DNA from: an uncultured delta proteobacterium
Lineage (GTDB): Bacteria; Desulfobacterota; Syntrophorhabdia; Syntrophorhabdales; WCHB1-27
Direction of reading: 5' to 3'
DNA length: 64,000 bases
Assembly: GCA_963810935.1 (NCBI GenBank)
Contig: CAWEPK010000010.1
Coordinates: forward strand, 96,001 to 160,000
The stretch's first letter is position 1. Each line of letters opens with the position of its first letter. The position numbers were made by a program, and so were the translations under genes. The notes beneath the pieces were generated by a model. That model did not search any database. It saw nothing but the letters and a program-made list of their open reading frames with translations, and had not been told where the DNA came from. Below are positions 49,757 through 59,108 of this stretch, in pieces.

Positions 49757-49776
49757 GTGCTATCCCAATAACTCCG

Positions 49777-50367
49777 TCACGGATTACCCGATCCGCCTAC
49801 AGTAGCGGTCGGGGTGCCGTACCTTTGGGCAAACCAGCCGGTCCCCGACCGCTGGAATTGTTCCAGGTCGCTTTCGTAGGTCCTAATCTGTCCGTCCAGG
49901 ATATTCTGGAGCGCGACCAGGTCGATACGGTTATCGCGCACCATTATCCGTACGTCCCTCAAGTCTTCCTTGCCGTATTCCTTCCCGTAGGCTTCCATGT
50001 AGTCGTTCAGTGCGTTGAGGCCCTCCTTCCGCTTGCCTTCTCTCAGAAGGATAAGGCTTCTGTATCCCAGGATGCGGATGTGGGCATCGTTATACTTGTC
50101 TCTTTTTGTCGCCTGATTCATAAACCCGGATGCGCTTTCTAGATCGTTCATCTTGTAGCTGGCCGTTGCCGCGAAGGCATAGGGGGCCGCAGCAGCAGGC
50201 TCCGCCTTTGCAGCCTTGAGAAACTCGTCGCGTGCCTTACCGTACTCGCCGCTACCCATAAGCCGCTTTCCGTCCCACATATCCGACCCGTAGGTAGAGA
50301 ACATGATCGAGCAACCGAGGAGTGCGCCCGCAACCGCGATGAAACCCAGCAAGGAGACCGTCTTCAT
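49777..50367 (-). CDS. TPR-like lipoprotein (paralog 1)
   Basis: Lipobox LLGC, TPR-like helices, C-terminal GTGWFAQRYGTP. Confidence 0.8.
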   Translation of the reverse strand: MKTVSLLGFIAVAGALLGCSIMFSTYGSDMWDGKRLMGSGEYGKARDEFLKAAKAEPAAAAPYAFAATASYKMNDLESASGFMNQATKRDKYNDAHIRILGYRSLILLREGKRKEGLNALNDYMEAYGKEYGKEDLRDVRIMVRDNRIDLVALQNILDGQIRTYESDLEQFQRSGTGWFAQRYGTPTATVGGSGNP

Positions 50368-50469
50368 CCGAATCCTCCCTTTTGATTTCTATACCAGTAT
50401 ATCGACATCACGGCTGTATATCAACGATACACGCCGGCCGGCACTCCTTGTATTACGGGTCACAGGCCA

Positions 50470-51057
50470 TTAGCTCTCGGTTCCGAATACCGCCGGCGGC
50501 CCGTACTTTTCCGCGAAATACCCCGTCCCCTCGGACTCGTACTGGGCCACATCGCTCTCGTACTGCCCGACGTGGCCTTCCAGTAGCCGCTCCAGGCGGG
50601 GCAGCTCCGGCGGGCCCATGCTCGCCATCCGCTGCGCCCTGGCGTAACCCGGCATCGGGTAGTAGTTCTTGTATTTCCGGTAGTAATCGCTGAGCGCCTG
50701 CATGCCCTCCTGCTGCCTGCCCTGCCGCAGAAGGACGAGCGTCCGGTACGCGAGCAGCCGCATATACGACGTCGAGTTGCCGCCAACTTTCAGCCCTTCG
50801 TTCACGTACCGCTCGGCGTTCTGTAGATCGTTGGCCCTATATGCCGCCGTTGCCGCCATAGCATAGTTCTTCGCACTCGGGTCCGCTTGCGCGGCCATTG
50901 CATAAGCCTGCTCCGCTTTTCCATAATCGCCCTGTTCCATAGCAGTACGGGCATCCGCAAGGTCGTTTTTCACCCCGACGCTCGACGAAGTGGAGCACCC
51001 AAGGAAAACGGCCGAAACTACCGCAAGCATTATTAGCGCACCTACCGCTTTTCCCAT
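50470..51057 (-). CDS. TPR-like lipoprotein (paralog 2)
   Basis: Lipobox FLGC, TPR-like helices, C-terminal GTGYFAEKYGPP. Confidence 0.8.
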   Translation of the reverse strand: MGKAVGALIMLAVVSAVFLGCSTSSSVGVKNDLADARTAMEQGDYGKAEQAYAMAAQADPSAKNYAMAATAAYRANDLQNAERYVNEGLKVGGNSTSYMRLLAYRTLVLLRQGRQQEGMQALSDYYRKYKNYYPMPGYARAQRMASMGPPELPRLERLLEGHVGQYESDVAQYESEGTGYFAEKYGPPAVFGTES

Positions 51058-51222
51058 CTTTTGTTCCCTCCTTCTACCGACCGTGGTGTTATTGCGGGAC
51101 CAAATATGCGTACGGTTTTAGTTTCTTAAGTAACGTTAGGCTTTTCCGGCGGGGTGTCAACGGAAGGCAATGCGGCGAAGCACGTCAGGCACGGGAAAAT
51201 GGACTGCGGTATGCGAATCCCC

Positions 51223-52368
51223 TCATTTGCCCTTGAACATTTTCCTGAGGCCCTCTCCTATGCCCTTCACGCCCGATCCGACCTCTTTCGCGGCCTTTCC
51301 ACCTATGTCGGTCGCCGCCTCGGGTATCGCTTTGAGGGGAAGACCCAGCTTTCCAGCCAGGCCGATCGAAATGCGGCGCATCACATTATCTTTGATATCG
51401 AACTTCGGGTTGTTCAGGTCGCCCTGAATGACAAAATCCATCGAGATTTCGTTATTGCTGTTCTTCAGAGAAGCGGCCACCATGGACAGGGGCACACCCA
51501 TTAACCGGTCGCGCGTCCCCGACCCGCTTTGGAATTGGAGCTGTTTCAGGACGGCCTTGCCGGGAGCATACAGCTTCTCGGAAGCGACCTTTACGGTCAG
51601 GTCGAGATCGAGGAACCCGTTCGTAATATTCACGGGGCTTTCCTTCTCGAAATAGGGCTTGAGGTCAATGATGTCGAGGTTGCGCACGCTTGCCTTGAGG
51701 TCCGCATCCTTTGTCTTGAGCTTAATCTTCCCGCTGCTCTTGAGGGTCCCGGTCCCCCGGTTCCCCGGAATGTCGGCACTCAACACGTACGGCGAAAAGG
51801 TATCGCCAAACGGAAACATCACATCTTCGACAACGAATCCGAAGTTGCGCAGTCTTACCAGTACGGGCCTTGCCGGTGTTTTCCCGTCGAGGTAATCGAC
51901 CGACCCGTTAACAACCTCGACCTTCTTGATGGTGACGGGCTCCGCCGCAGCCTGCCCCTGCGTCTTCTTCGATGGCGTCTGTTCCGCGGATAACTCGGGC
52001 GGCAGGACCGGGCTGACTATGTTTCCTTTTTTGTCGATCTCGACAAAGACGTATGGGTCCGTTAGGGTGACCCTGGAAATAATGTACTGCTTCTTGAGCA
52101 GCCCCATGAAATCGGCTTTTACCGAGAGGTTGCCGACCTTTATCACCTCTTTACCGGCACGGTTCTTAAGCGCGGCCCCTACCACCTCGACGCTGCCCCA
52201 TTTCAGGTCGATCCTCTCTATGGAGAAGCTTTTCCCCAGCCTGTTTTCGAGTTGGCTCTTGACGATCCGGTTCGCATATTTGACGAGAACCGCGATGGAC
52301 CCTCCCATAATGAAGATGAGGGCGGCAACGACGATAAGAAATATCTTTGACTTTTTACTGATCGGCAA
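51223..52368 (-). CDS. DUF748/AsmA-like protein
   Basis: N-terminal TM anchor, beta-rich body, ISMDFVIQGDLNNPKF near the C-terminus. Confidence 0.8.
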   Translation of the reverse strand: MPISKKSKIFLIVVAALIFIMGGSIAVLVKYANRIVKSQLENRLGKSFSIERIDLKWGSVEVVGAALKNRAGKEVIKVGNLSVKADFMGLLKKQYIISRVTLTDPYVFVEIDKKGNIVSPVLPPELSAEQTPSKKTQGQAAAEPVTIKKVEVVNGSVDYLDGKTPARPVLVRLRNFGFVVEDVMFPFGDTFSPYVLSADIPGNRGTGTLKSSGKIKLKTKDADLKASVRNLDIIDLKPYFEKESPVNITNGFLDLDLTVKVASEKLYAPGKAVLKQLQFQSGSGTRDRLMGVPLSMVAASLKNSNNEISMDFVIQGDLNNPKFDIKDNVMRRISIGLAGKLGLPLKAIPEAATDIGGKAAKEVGSGVKGIGEGLRKMFKGK

Positions 52369-52556
52369 GCGGCCCCTCCCTCCAAAGGCGCCCCTCCCTA
52401 AGAACCCCGGCGCCTTTTTTACAATTTAATCGGAATCCTGTCTTTATGTCAAACTAAGACACCGGTGGGATTTGCCGGCTTTTATGTTGACACGGTCCGC
52501 GCTTTGGCAATATAAAAATGGTCAGATAGCCGCAAAACAGGCTACAATAGGGCAAT

Positions 52557-53799
52557 ATGATCTCCCGTAGGGCTTTCCTTGCTGCAATGGCGAAGATGAC
52601 ATGCCTGCTTGCAGGCGCGGGCCTGGCGGACTCCTGTCTCTCCACGCTTGGGGGCTCCCGCCGCGCTCGCGGCGGGCGGGCGTGGGCTGCAGGCCAGGCC
52701 GATGAGGTGCTCCGGAACGCGCCGCTCGCCCGCTTCTGGACCTCGGTACCTTCCGCAGGCGGCAATTGCCTTGCGTGCCACGAGCCTTCGGAAAATCTGA
52801 CCGGCGCCAATTACGTCCACCCTGCAAATCTGGTAAAGTGCCTCCTTTGCGCGCAGAAATGCGTCATTCCGCCAGGGAAAAGCGGCAAGTGCAGGGCCAG
52901 GAAAAATATCGACGGAAACCTCAGAAGCCTCGTCTACGGCCGGCCCATCGCCATCCATACGGACCCCATCGAGAAGAAGCCGTTTTACCATTTCCTGCCC
53001 GGCTCGGCCGCATACTCGCTTGCTACGTCGGGCTGCCCCCTGCGCTGCAAATTCTGCCAGAACTGGCAGATCTCGCAGGCATCCCCGGAAGACTACCAGA
53101 CGCCTTTCGTCCGCCCTGCCTCGATAGTCGATGAGGCGTCCTCCCGGCGCGCGCCGGTAATCGCCTTCACCTACAACGAGCCGACGGTTTTTGCCGAATA
53201 CATGATCGACATCGCACACGAGGCGAGAGCGCGCCGCATCCGGTCCGTCCTGGTCTCCTGCGGCTTCATGAGCGAGGCGCCGCTCGGCGAGATGTGCTCG
53301 GTCCTCGACGCCATAAAGATCGATTTGAAGGGCTTCAGCGACCGGTTCTACAGGGACGTATGCAGCGCGGAGCTTCGCCCGGTCCTCAAGAGCATCAAAC
53401 GGGTCGCCAGGAGCCGGGCGCACCTCGAGATAGTCAACCTGGTCGTACCTACCCTCAACGACTCGGAAAAAATGCTCACGGGCCTGGCCGATTGGGTGGT
53501 AAGCGAAGTGGGTCCGGACGTGCCGGTCCATTTCAGCAGGTTCCATCCCGACTACCAGATGCCCCACCTTCCACCGACCCCTGTTGCAACGCTGGAGCTG
53601 GCCCGCCAGATGGCGCTCGTTAAAGGGATCCATTACCCGTACGTCGGCAACGTGCCCGGCCATCCGGGCAACAACACGTATTGCCCGTCCTGCGGCAAGA
53701 CAGTCGTCAAGCGCGATTCGTTCTTCGTCACGGGAGCTGCACGTCAAGGATGATAAATGCGCCTTTTGCAATCGAAAGATTGCAGGCGTCTGGAGGTAG
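52557..53799 (+). CDS. amrS: AmmeMemoRadiSam system radical SAM enzyme with twin-arginine leader; +1 frameshift near 53733
   Basis: ISRRAFL leader; DPIEKKPFYHFLPG, GCPLRCKFCQNWQISQ, AFTYNEP, IDLKGF, HFSRFHP, YVGNVPG, TYCPSC; terminal CAFC in the next frame. Confidence 0.9.
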
Positions 53800-53803
53800 C
53801 GTC

Positions 53804-55327
53804 TTGAAAAGGTCCCTGCTTCTCGCCGTGATCGCGGCCGCCCTGCTATCGCCGTCTCTTGCGAGGCCGGCAAGCGATGCCGTCCGGCCGCCTGCCGTAG
53901 CCGGACAGTTCTATCCCGATTCCCCCTCGGCCCTGAAAGCGGCAGTCCGGAAGTACCTTCACGACGCCCTACCGCGCACAGCCGGGAAGCCTATAGCCAT
54001 AGTAGTCCCCCACGCCGGATTCATCTTTTCAGGCCAGATCGCGGCCGATGCATTCAAGCAGGCGGAGGGGGAGAAATTCGACCTGGTCGTAATACTCGGC
54101 ACGAACCACACAACGCCGGGCTTCGAGAAGATATCGGTTTACAACGGCTTCGCTTTCCGTACTCCCCTCGGACTTGCGGAAGTCGACCGGGCGGCGGCCG
54201 ACGCGCTCATCAAGGCCGATGCCGATTGCACGCCTGACGATGCGGTCCACGCGGGTGAGCACTCCATAGAAGTCGAGCTGCCCTTTATTCAGGTCCTCTT
54301 CCCCGGCGCGCGTATTTTGCCCGTAGTCGTCGGCCCTTCCGATCCGGCCCGCATCGCCCGTTTTGGAAAGGCCCTCGCCGGCGTGCTTAAGGGCCGTCGC
54401 GCGCTCATCGTCGCAAGCTCCGACCTTTCACATTATCCTGAGGCTTCCGCCGCCGAAGGACTCGATATGGAGGTGCTCGGCGCAATGGCCGACCTCGACG
54501 CCGATGCATTGCGGTCTGCTCTCGCAACCCATATGCGTAAGTCCGTGCCGAACTTCGTGACAGGCGCGTGCGGCGAGGCCCCGGTCCTCGCAGCTATCGA
54601 TGCGGCGAAAAAGCTTGGCGCGAAGGGAGGGAATGTCGTGAGCTACGCCCACTCCGGCCAGACTGCCGTGGGCGATCAGTCGCGCGTGGTAGGTTACGGC
54701 GCCGTTGTAATGACTGCGGAGAAAGGCCCTGCACGGCCGCACAAGAAACACGGTGAGCCGCCTTATTCGGACACTTTCAGCACGTCCGAGAGAAAAGCGC
54801 TCCTCGCTTTTGCGAAGGAAAGCATCAGCCGGGCCGTGCAAACCCAGACGGCCCCCCTCGCAAGGGGGTTCGGCGAGAACCTCGAGCAGAAACGGGCGGT
54901 CTTCGTCACCTTAAAAGAACGCGGCGAGCTGCGCGGCTGCATCGGGCAGACCGAGCCGCAGATGCCCCTCTCGCAGGCGGTGGGGGCAATGGCTATCCAG
55001 GCGGCCTTCATGGACCCCCGCTTCCGCCCCGTCGTCCAGGCCGAGCTTGCAGATATAGAGATAGAGATCTCCGTCCTCACCCGGTTGAAGCCCGTCGCAA
55101 AAGCGGCCGACATCGTACTCGGGAGGGACGGCGTCGTCCTGTCGAAGGGCGGCAAGTCTGCGCTATTCTTACCCCAGGTAGCAACCGAAGAACACTGGGA
55201 CCTGAACACTACGCTCGACAACCTCTGCCTCAAGGCCGGCCTGACCGCCAACTGCTGGCGCGACGGCGCCAGGTTCTCGACCTTCCAGGCCATCGTCTTC
55301 GGGGAACAGGCCCACGAGTCTAAATGA
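53804..55327 (+). CDS. amrB: Fused AmmeMemoRadiSam protein B (Memo) + protein A (AMMECR1) with signal peptide
   Basis: TTG start after GGAGG; MKRSLLLAVIAAALLSPSLA; RPPAVAGQFYP, PHAG..FSG, EHSIEVELPF, SSDLSHY, CG, VVGY; then VFVTL, LRGCIG, DPRF, EISVL, FLPQV. Confidence 0.92.
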   Translation: MKRSLLLAVIAAALLSPSLARPASDAVRPPAVAGQFYPDSPSALKAAVRKYLHDALPRTAGKPIAIVVPHAGFIFSGQIAADAFKQAEGEKFDLVVILGTNHTTPGFEKISVYNGFAFRTPLGLAEVDRAAADALIKADADCTPDDAVHAGEHSIEVELPFIQVLFPGARILPVVVGPSDPARIARFGKALAGVLKGRRALIVASSDLSHYPEASAAEGLDMEVLGAMADLDADALRSALATHMRKSVPNFVTGACGEAPVLAAIDAAKKLGAKGGNVVSYAHSGQTAVGDQSRVVGYGAVVMTAEKGPARPHKKHGEPPYSDTFSTSERKALLAFAKESISRAVQTQTAPLARGFGENLEQKRAVFVTLKERGELRGCIGQTEPQMPLSQAVGAMAIQAAFMDPRFRPVVQAELADIEIEISVLTRLKPVAKAADIVLGRDGVVLSKGGKSALFLPQVATEEHWDLNTTLDNLCLKAGLTANCWRDGARFSTFQAIVFGEQAHESK

Positions 55328-57456
55328 CCTTCTGCCTTTTCCTGGTCGGCTTCGTATCGATGGTCGCGCAGGTAGCAATTTTGCGCGAGCTGAATGTCGC
55401 CTTCTACGGAATCGAGCTGATCTATGCGCTGGCGATAGGGGCATGGCTCCTGGCGACTGGTACGGGCGCGCTCATTTTCCGCGGCCGCCCGGCCACCTTC
55501 ACGGGTATTGCGCTTCTCTTTTTGCTTCTCGCGTTTGTCCTGCCCCTCGACATAATTTTTTTGCGCGGGAGCCGTCTCGCATTTTCCGGCGTCCCGGGCG
55601 CTTATCTCTCTTTCTTCAGCCAGCTCGCCGTCATGGCCCTCGCCCTCACCCCCGTGGGTCTTCCGTTGGGGCTTCTCTTTCAAAAGGCGGCCAGGCTTTA
55701 CGCGCAGGTCGGCAGGGGCATGGCGCTCGCCTATGCAGTGGAGAGCGCGGGCGGAGTTGCCGGCGGCCTGGCATCTACGCTCTTTGTCAGATGGGGCGTG
55801 CAGAATTTTTGCCTCGCCGCCGTCTGCGGACTCGTCTGCCTCCTGCCTGCCGCCTATCCACGCCTCGGCCTGCAAAGGCGCATTCCGGCCCTCGTCCTTG
55901 CCCCGCTCCTCGTCATTGCGCTTTTTCTGTCGTCCGCAATCGAGACCGGGACTACCGCCTGGAACCACAAGGGCCTGCTCGCAACGGGGGACACGCCTTA
56001 CGGCCGCGTCACGGTCACGGGTTCATCAGGCCAGGTCGCCGTATTCGAGAACGACGCCCTCGCGTTCGAGACGCAGGACAGGGAGATCGAGGCGTTCGCA
56101 CACCTCCCGGCCTTACAGCATACGCCTCCCCTCACGGACGTGCTCATCCTCGGAGGCATCGACGGCACGGTGAAAGAATTGCTGAAGCACAGGCCCGATC
56201 GGATCGATTGCGTGGAGCTTAACGAGAGAGAGGTGGAGATGGCGCTCTCGCAAATGCCGGCAGAGACGAGGGCGTGGGCCGCTGACCCGCGGGTGCACAT
56301 GATCTTCGCGGACCCTCGGCGTTTCATGCTGGGCGCAAATGTCTACGACATCATCGCGGTCGGCATGCCGGAGCCCGTTTCGGGCCAGGCAAACCGGTTC
56401 TACACAAAAGAATTCTTCTCCGCCTGCGCCCGCGTCATGAAACCCGGCGCCGTGCTGGCGTTGAGGCTGAAAAGCAGCGAAAACCTCCTGACGCCTGCGC
56501 TCAGGGGCAGGTTGGAGAGCATATATGCGTCACTGGGCGCCGTCTTCCCTTATGTTCTCTTCCTGCCCGGCGATACGAATATCGTCACCGGCTCTTTTGC
56601 CCCGCTGCCGGAAGACCCGGAGGTCCTTGTCGAGCGGTTGCGCAGCCTCGCCCTTCCGACGCTTTTCGTTTCACCGCCTTATATTCGTTACCTCTACGCA
56701 AACGACCGCTTTTTCGAGATCAGGGACATGCTGAAGACGGCGAGGGCGCCGATGAACACGGACCTCAGGCCGGTCTGCTACAAGTACACCCTTCTGATCT
56801 GGCTGTCGAAGTTCTTTCCCTCCCTGGCCGCGAAAGAGATGGGGCAGCGGGAGGGCTTATCAGGCCGCTCGTCAGGCATCCTGCTCCTCTGCACCGCCCT
56901 TTTCCTTATCATCGCACGCAAAAAAGCAGGTGTCCGGAGGGTTATGCTGGCCGCAGCCTCAGGTTTTGCAGGCATGGCCCTGGAATCGGTCGTTATCCTG
57001 GCCTACCAGGTCAAATATGGCGTGCTTTACCAGGATATCGGCGTCCTTCTCATGAGCTTCATGGCCGGGCTTGCGGCAGGCGCCTGGGCCGTAGATACAG
57101 GGGCCGGGGGGCGCATACGCTCGGTCAGGCTGCGGGCAGGCGGACTCATTGCGGCATTCTGCGCGCTTTGCGGCCTGGTCTATTGGCGGCTCCATTCGGG
57201 CCATGCGATGGGCCTCGCGGAGGCAAGCGCGGTCCTTGTTGCAGCGGGCTTCGTCGTTGCGGGGATCTTCGTCTGCGCGGGTCGATACGGCCTGCCCGAC
57301 CAGGCCGCGGTCGTTGCGCCGCTTTACGCGGCAGACCTCTTCGGCGGCTGCGTTGCGGCCCTTGCAGTGGGTCTTTTCGTGCTCCCTTCCGCGGGTCTCC
57401 TCACGGCTACCGTCTGGGCGGGCGCATCGACTATGCTTGCGCTCCTGCTGCTATAA
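55324..57456 (+). CDS. Membrane protein with central spermidine-synthase-like domain
   Basis: TM blocks at both ends (YAVESAGG, LYAADLFG); TPYGRV, VLILGG, DCVEL, DPRRF, NRFYTKEFF, NTDLRP. Confidence 0.85.
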   Translation: MTFCLFLVGFVSMVAQVAILRELNVAFYGIELIYALAIGAWLLATGTGALIFRGRPATFTGIALLFLLLAFVLPLDIIFLRGSRLAFSGVPGAYLSFFSQLAVMALALTPVGLPLGLLFQKAARLYAQVGRGMALAYAVESAGGVAGGLASTLFVRWGVQNFCLAAVCGLVCLLPAAYPRLGLQRRIPALVLAPLLVIALFLSSAIETGTTAWNHKGLLATGDTPYGRVTVTGSSGQVAVFENDALAFETQDREIEAFAHLPALQHTPPLTDVLILGGIDGTVKELLKHRPDRIDCVELNEREVEMALSQMPAETRAWAADPRVHMIFADPRRFMLGANVYDIIAVGMPEPVSGQANRFYTKEFFSACARVMKPGAVLALRLKSSENLLTPALRGRLESIYASLGAVFPYVLFLPGDTNIVTGSFAPLPEDPEVLVERLRSLALPTLFVSPPYIRYLYANDRFFEIRDMLKTARAPMNTDLRPVCYKYTLLIWLSKFFPSLAAKEMGQREGLSGRSSGILLLCTALFLIIARKKAGVRRVMLAAASGFAGMALESVVILAYQVKYGVLYQDIGVLLMSFMAGLAAGAWAVDTGAGGRIRSVRLRAGGLIAAFCALCGLVYWRLHSGHAMGLAEASAVLVAAGFVVAGIFVCAGRYGLPDQAAVVAPLYAADLFGGCVAALAVGLFVLPSAGLLTATVWAGASTMLALLLL

Positions 57457-57521
57457 CCGCGCCGCTCTCGCGGCGTCCCGGCGCCCGTAGCTGCCACGGC
57501 AAGGTCGAAGACCTTGGCATT

Positions 57522-58106
57522 CTACTTTATCCTGACACCGTCGAGATAGACGAGAGTCCTGCTGATGCCGTGGAAGAAGCTGCGGTGCGCCCTCCTGCCC
57601 ATGGCGTAAACGGGCTGGAACCGGATGACGTGGCCCTCGTCTTCGACTAGTGAGATATCAACCTCGGTATGGTAATTATCGTAAGGCATGGTGAAGGCAA
57701 TGTGGTGAGGCCCCGCAGACAGGCGGATCGTCTTTTTGAGCACGTACCTGATCCCCTCGCCGCCCTCAGGCAGCCTCCCCGCCGTTCCATAGACTGGTGT
57801 GCTCTCTCTTGCGCCTTCCACCTCCCAGACTATCTTCTGCCCGTCCACGCTCAGCTCGAAGGGAAAGCCGCCGGGGGGCACCCGCCTTGACTCCAGGAGG
57901 TAATGTTCCCGTGTCGGGGTCTTCACGGAAGCCGTTACCGTGAGGTCTACCATGCCTTCGGGCGGGCCTTCCGCGTCTCCGGCCTCGGCAAAGATACCGA
58001 CCTGGGGCGCCCGTGCCGCCTGGCTCGCCCTTCCCCCGCAGGCGCTCAGGCAGGCGGCCGGCAGCGTAAGAAGAACGAGCGCACATATGAAGGAACGCAC
58101 ACTCAT
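57522..58106 (-). CDS. Hypothetical lipoprotein
   Basis: Signal peptide with LSAC lipobox; coupled to the upstream gene by ATGA overlap. Confidence 0.7.
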   Translation of the reverse strand: MSVRSFICALVLLTLPAACLSACGGRASQAARAPQVGIFAEAGDAEGPPEGMVDLTVTASVKTPTREHYLLESRRVPPGGFPFELSVDGQKIVWEVEGARESTPVYGTAGRLPEGGEGIRYVLKKTIRLSAGPHHIAFTMPYDNYHTEVDISLVEDEGHVIRFQPVYAMGRRAHRSFFHGISRTLVYLDGVRIK

Positions 58107-58888
58107 TTCGCCGCCTTCTTCTCCGTGCCGGTCTCCTCAGGGCCCCACGTCATCAGATAGGAGGCATAAAAGAAGAAACTCGCAGGCCCGCGTATGTCCG
58201 TGCCGGCCGAGCAGATGAAATGGTGCACTTCGCTGAAATTGACGATCGCTCCGATATTATATCCCGTATCGCCCTGCCCGCCCGCGATGGACGACGTCTG
58301 GTGAAACAACTCTGCGCCAATCGTCAGCCATTTCGTTATGTCGCGCTGTACGACCCAGCCGGCAAACCAGTAGTTCCTGTTGTCCACGCCGGGGTTTATC
58401 CAGTATCCTCCGCCGCCAAAGCTGGTCCACGGCCCCAGGCTTTTTTGAAGCCAGACAGGAAAGAACAGTTGCGGCTGGCCGGTGCCGAGGCCCCTTGCCC
58501 TGCTGCCTGTCGGCGCCTCCAGCAGCGGGAATGTACCGACCATGGGGACGTATTCGCTCTCCTGAATAAAGCGGTACTTGACGCCCAGCTCGACGTCGCC
58601 GGGGCCGAAAAGCGTGGGGCCCCCTTTCGGTCTGTCGTAAGCATCGGGAACTATGAGGTGAAGCTGGACGTTCGGCAGCAGCCCGTAGTCCCCCTCAAAG
58701 TGCGGGCTCGTGCCGGAGACACCGCTCTTGTCGCGCTGATACTGGGTCGCCGTATAGAATTCCCAGTGCCTGTATGCGTCCGTTTCCGGGTCGTCAGTGC
58801 GAAAAGGCGGACCGCCTGAGGCGGGTATAGACCAGAGCGCCACGGAAAGGAGCGTTAACCCGAGCGATATCCACGGCCCACGGTTCAT
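58103..58888 (-). CDS. Probable outer-membrane beta-barrel 'transporter' family protein
   Basis: Signal peptide; GPPFRTDDP, GDVELGVKYRF, APTG, alternating aromatic beta strands. Confidence 0.75.
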   Translation of the reverse strand: MNRGPWISLGLTLLSVALWSIPASGGPPFRTDDPETDAYRHWEFYTATQYQRDKSGVSGTSPHFEGDYGLLPNVQLHLIVPDAYDRPKGGPTLFGPGDVELGVKYRFIQESEYVPMVGTFPLLEAPTGSRARGLGTGQPQLFFPVWLQKSLGPWTSFGGGGYWINPGVDNRNYWFAGWVVQRDITKWLTIGAELFHQTSSIAGGQGDTGYNIGAIVNFSEVHHFICSAGTDIRGPASFFFYASYLMTWGPEETGTEKKAAK

Positions 58889-59108
58889 CGTCCGCCCCCT
58901 CCCCTATATCACGAATGTAATGCCGAGGTCATCAGGCCGCTACTCGCCACGCCGCCAGAGCTGTTTGCCTTGCTTCGGCTTACTTTTGAGGGGCGCCCTT
59001 GAAGCCTCGGGCCTGAGATTGTATTATGCTATAGCTAAGAGGTACTGTGCACCAAAGACCGCAAAGGTATTTCGGGTTCTTCATTTTTCGAGGACTGCTA
59101 AAACGAAT

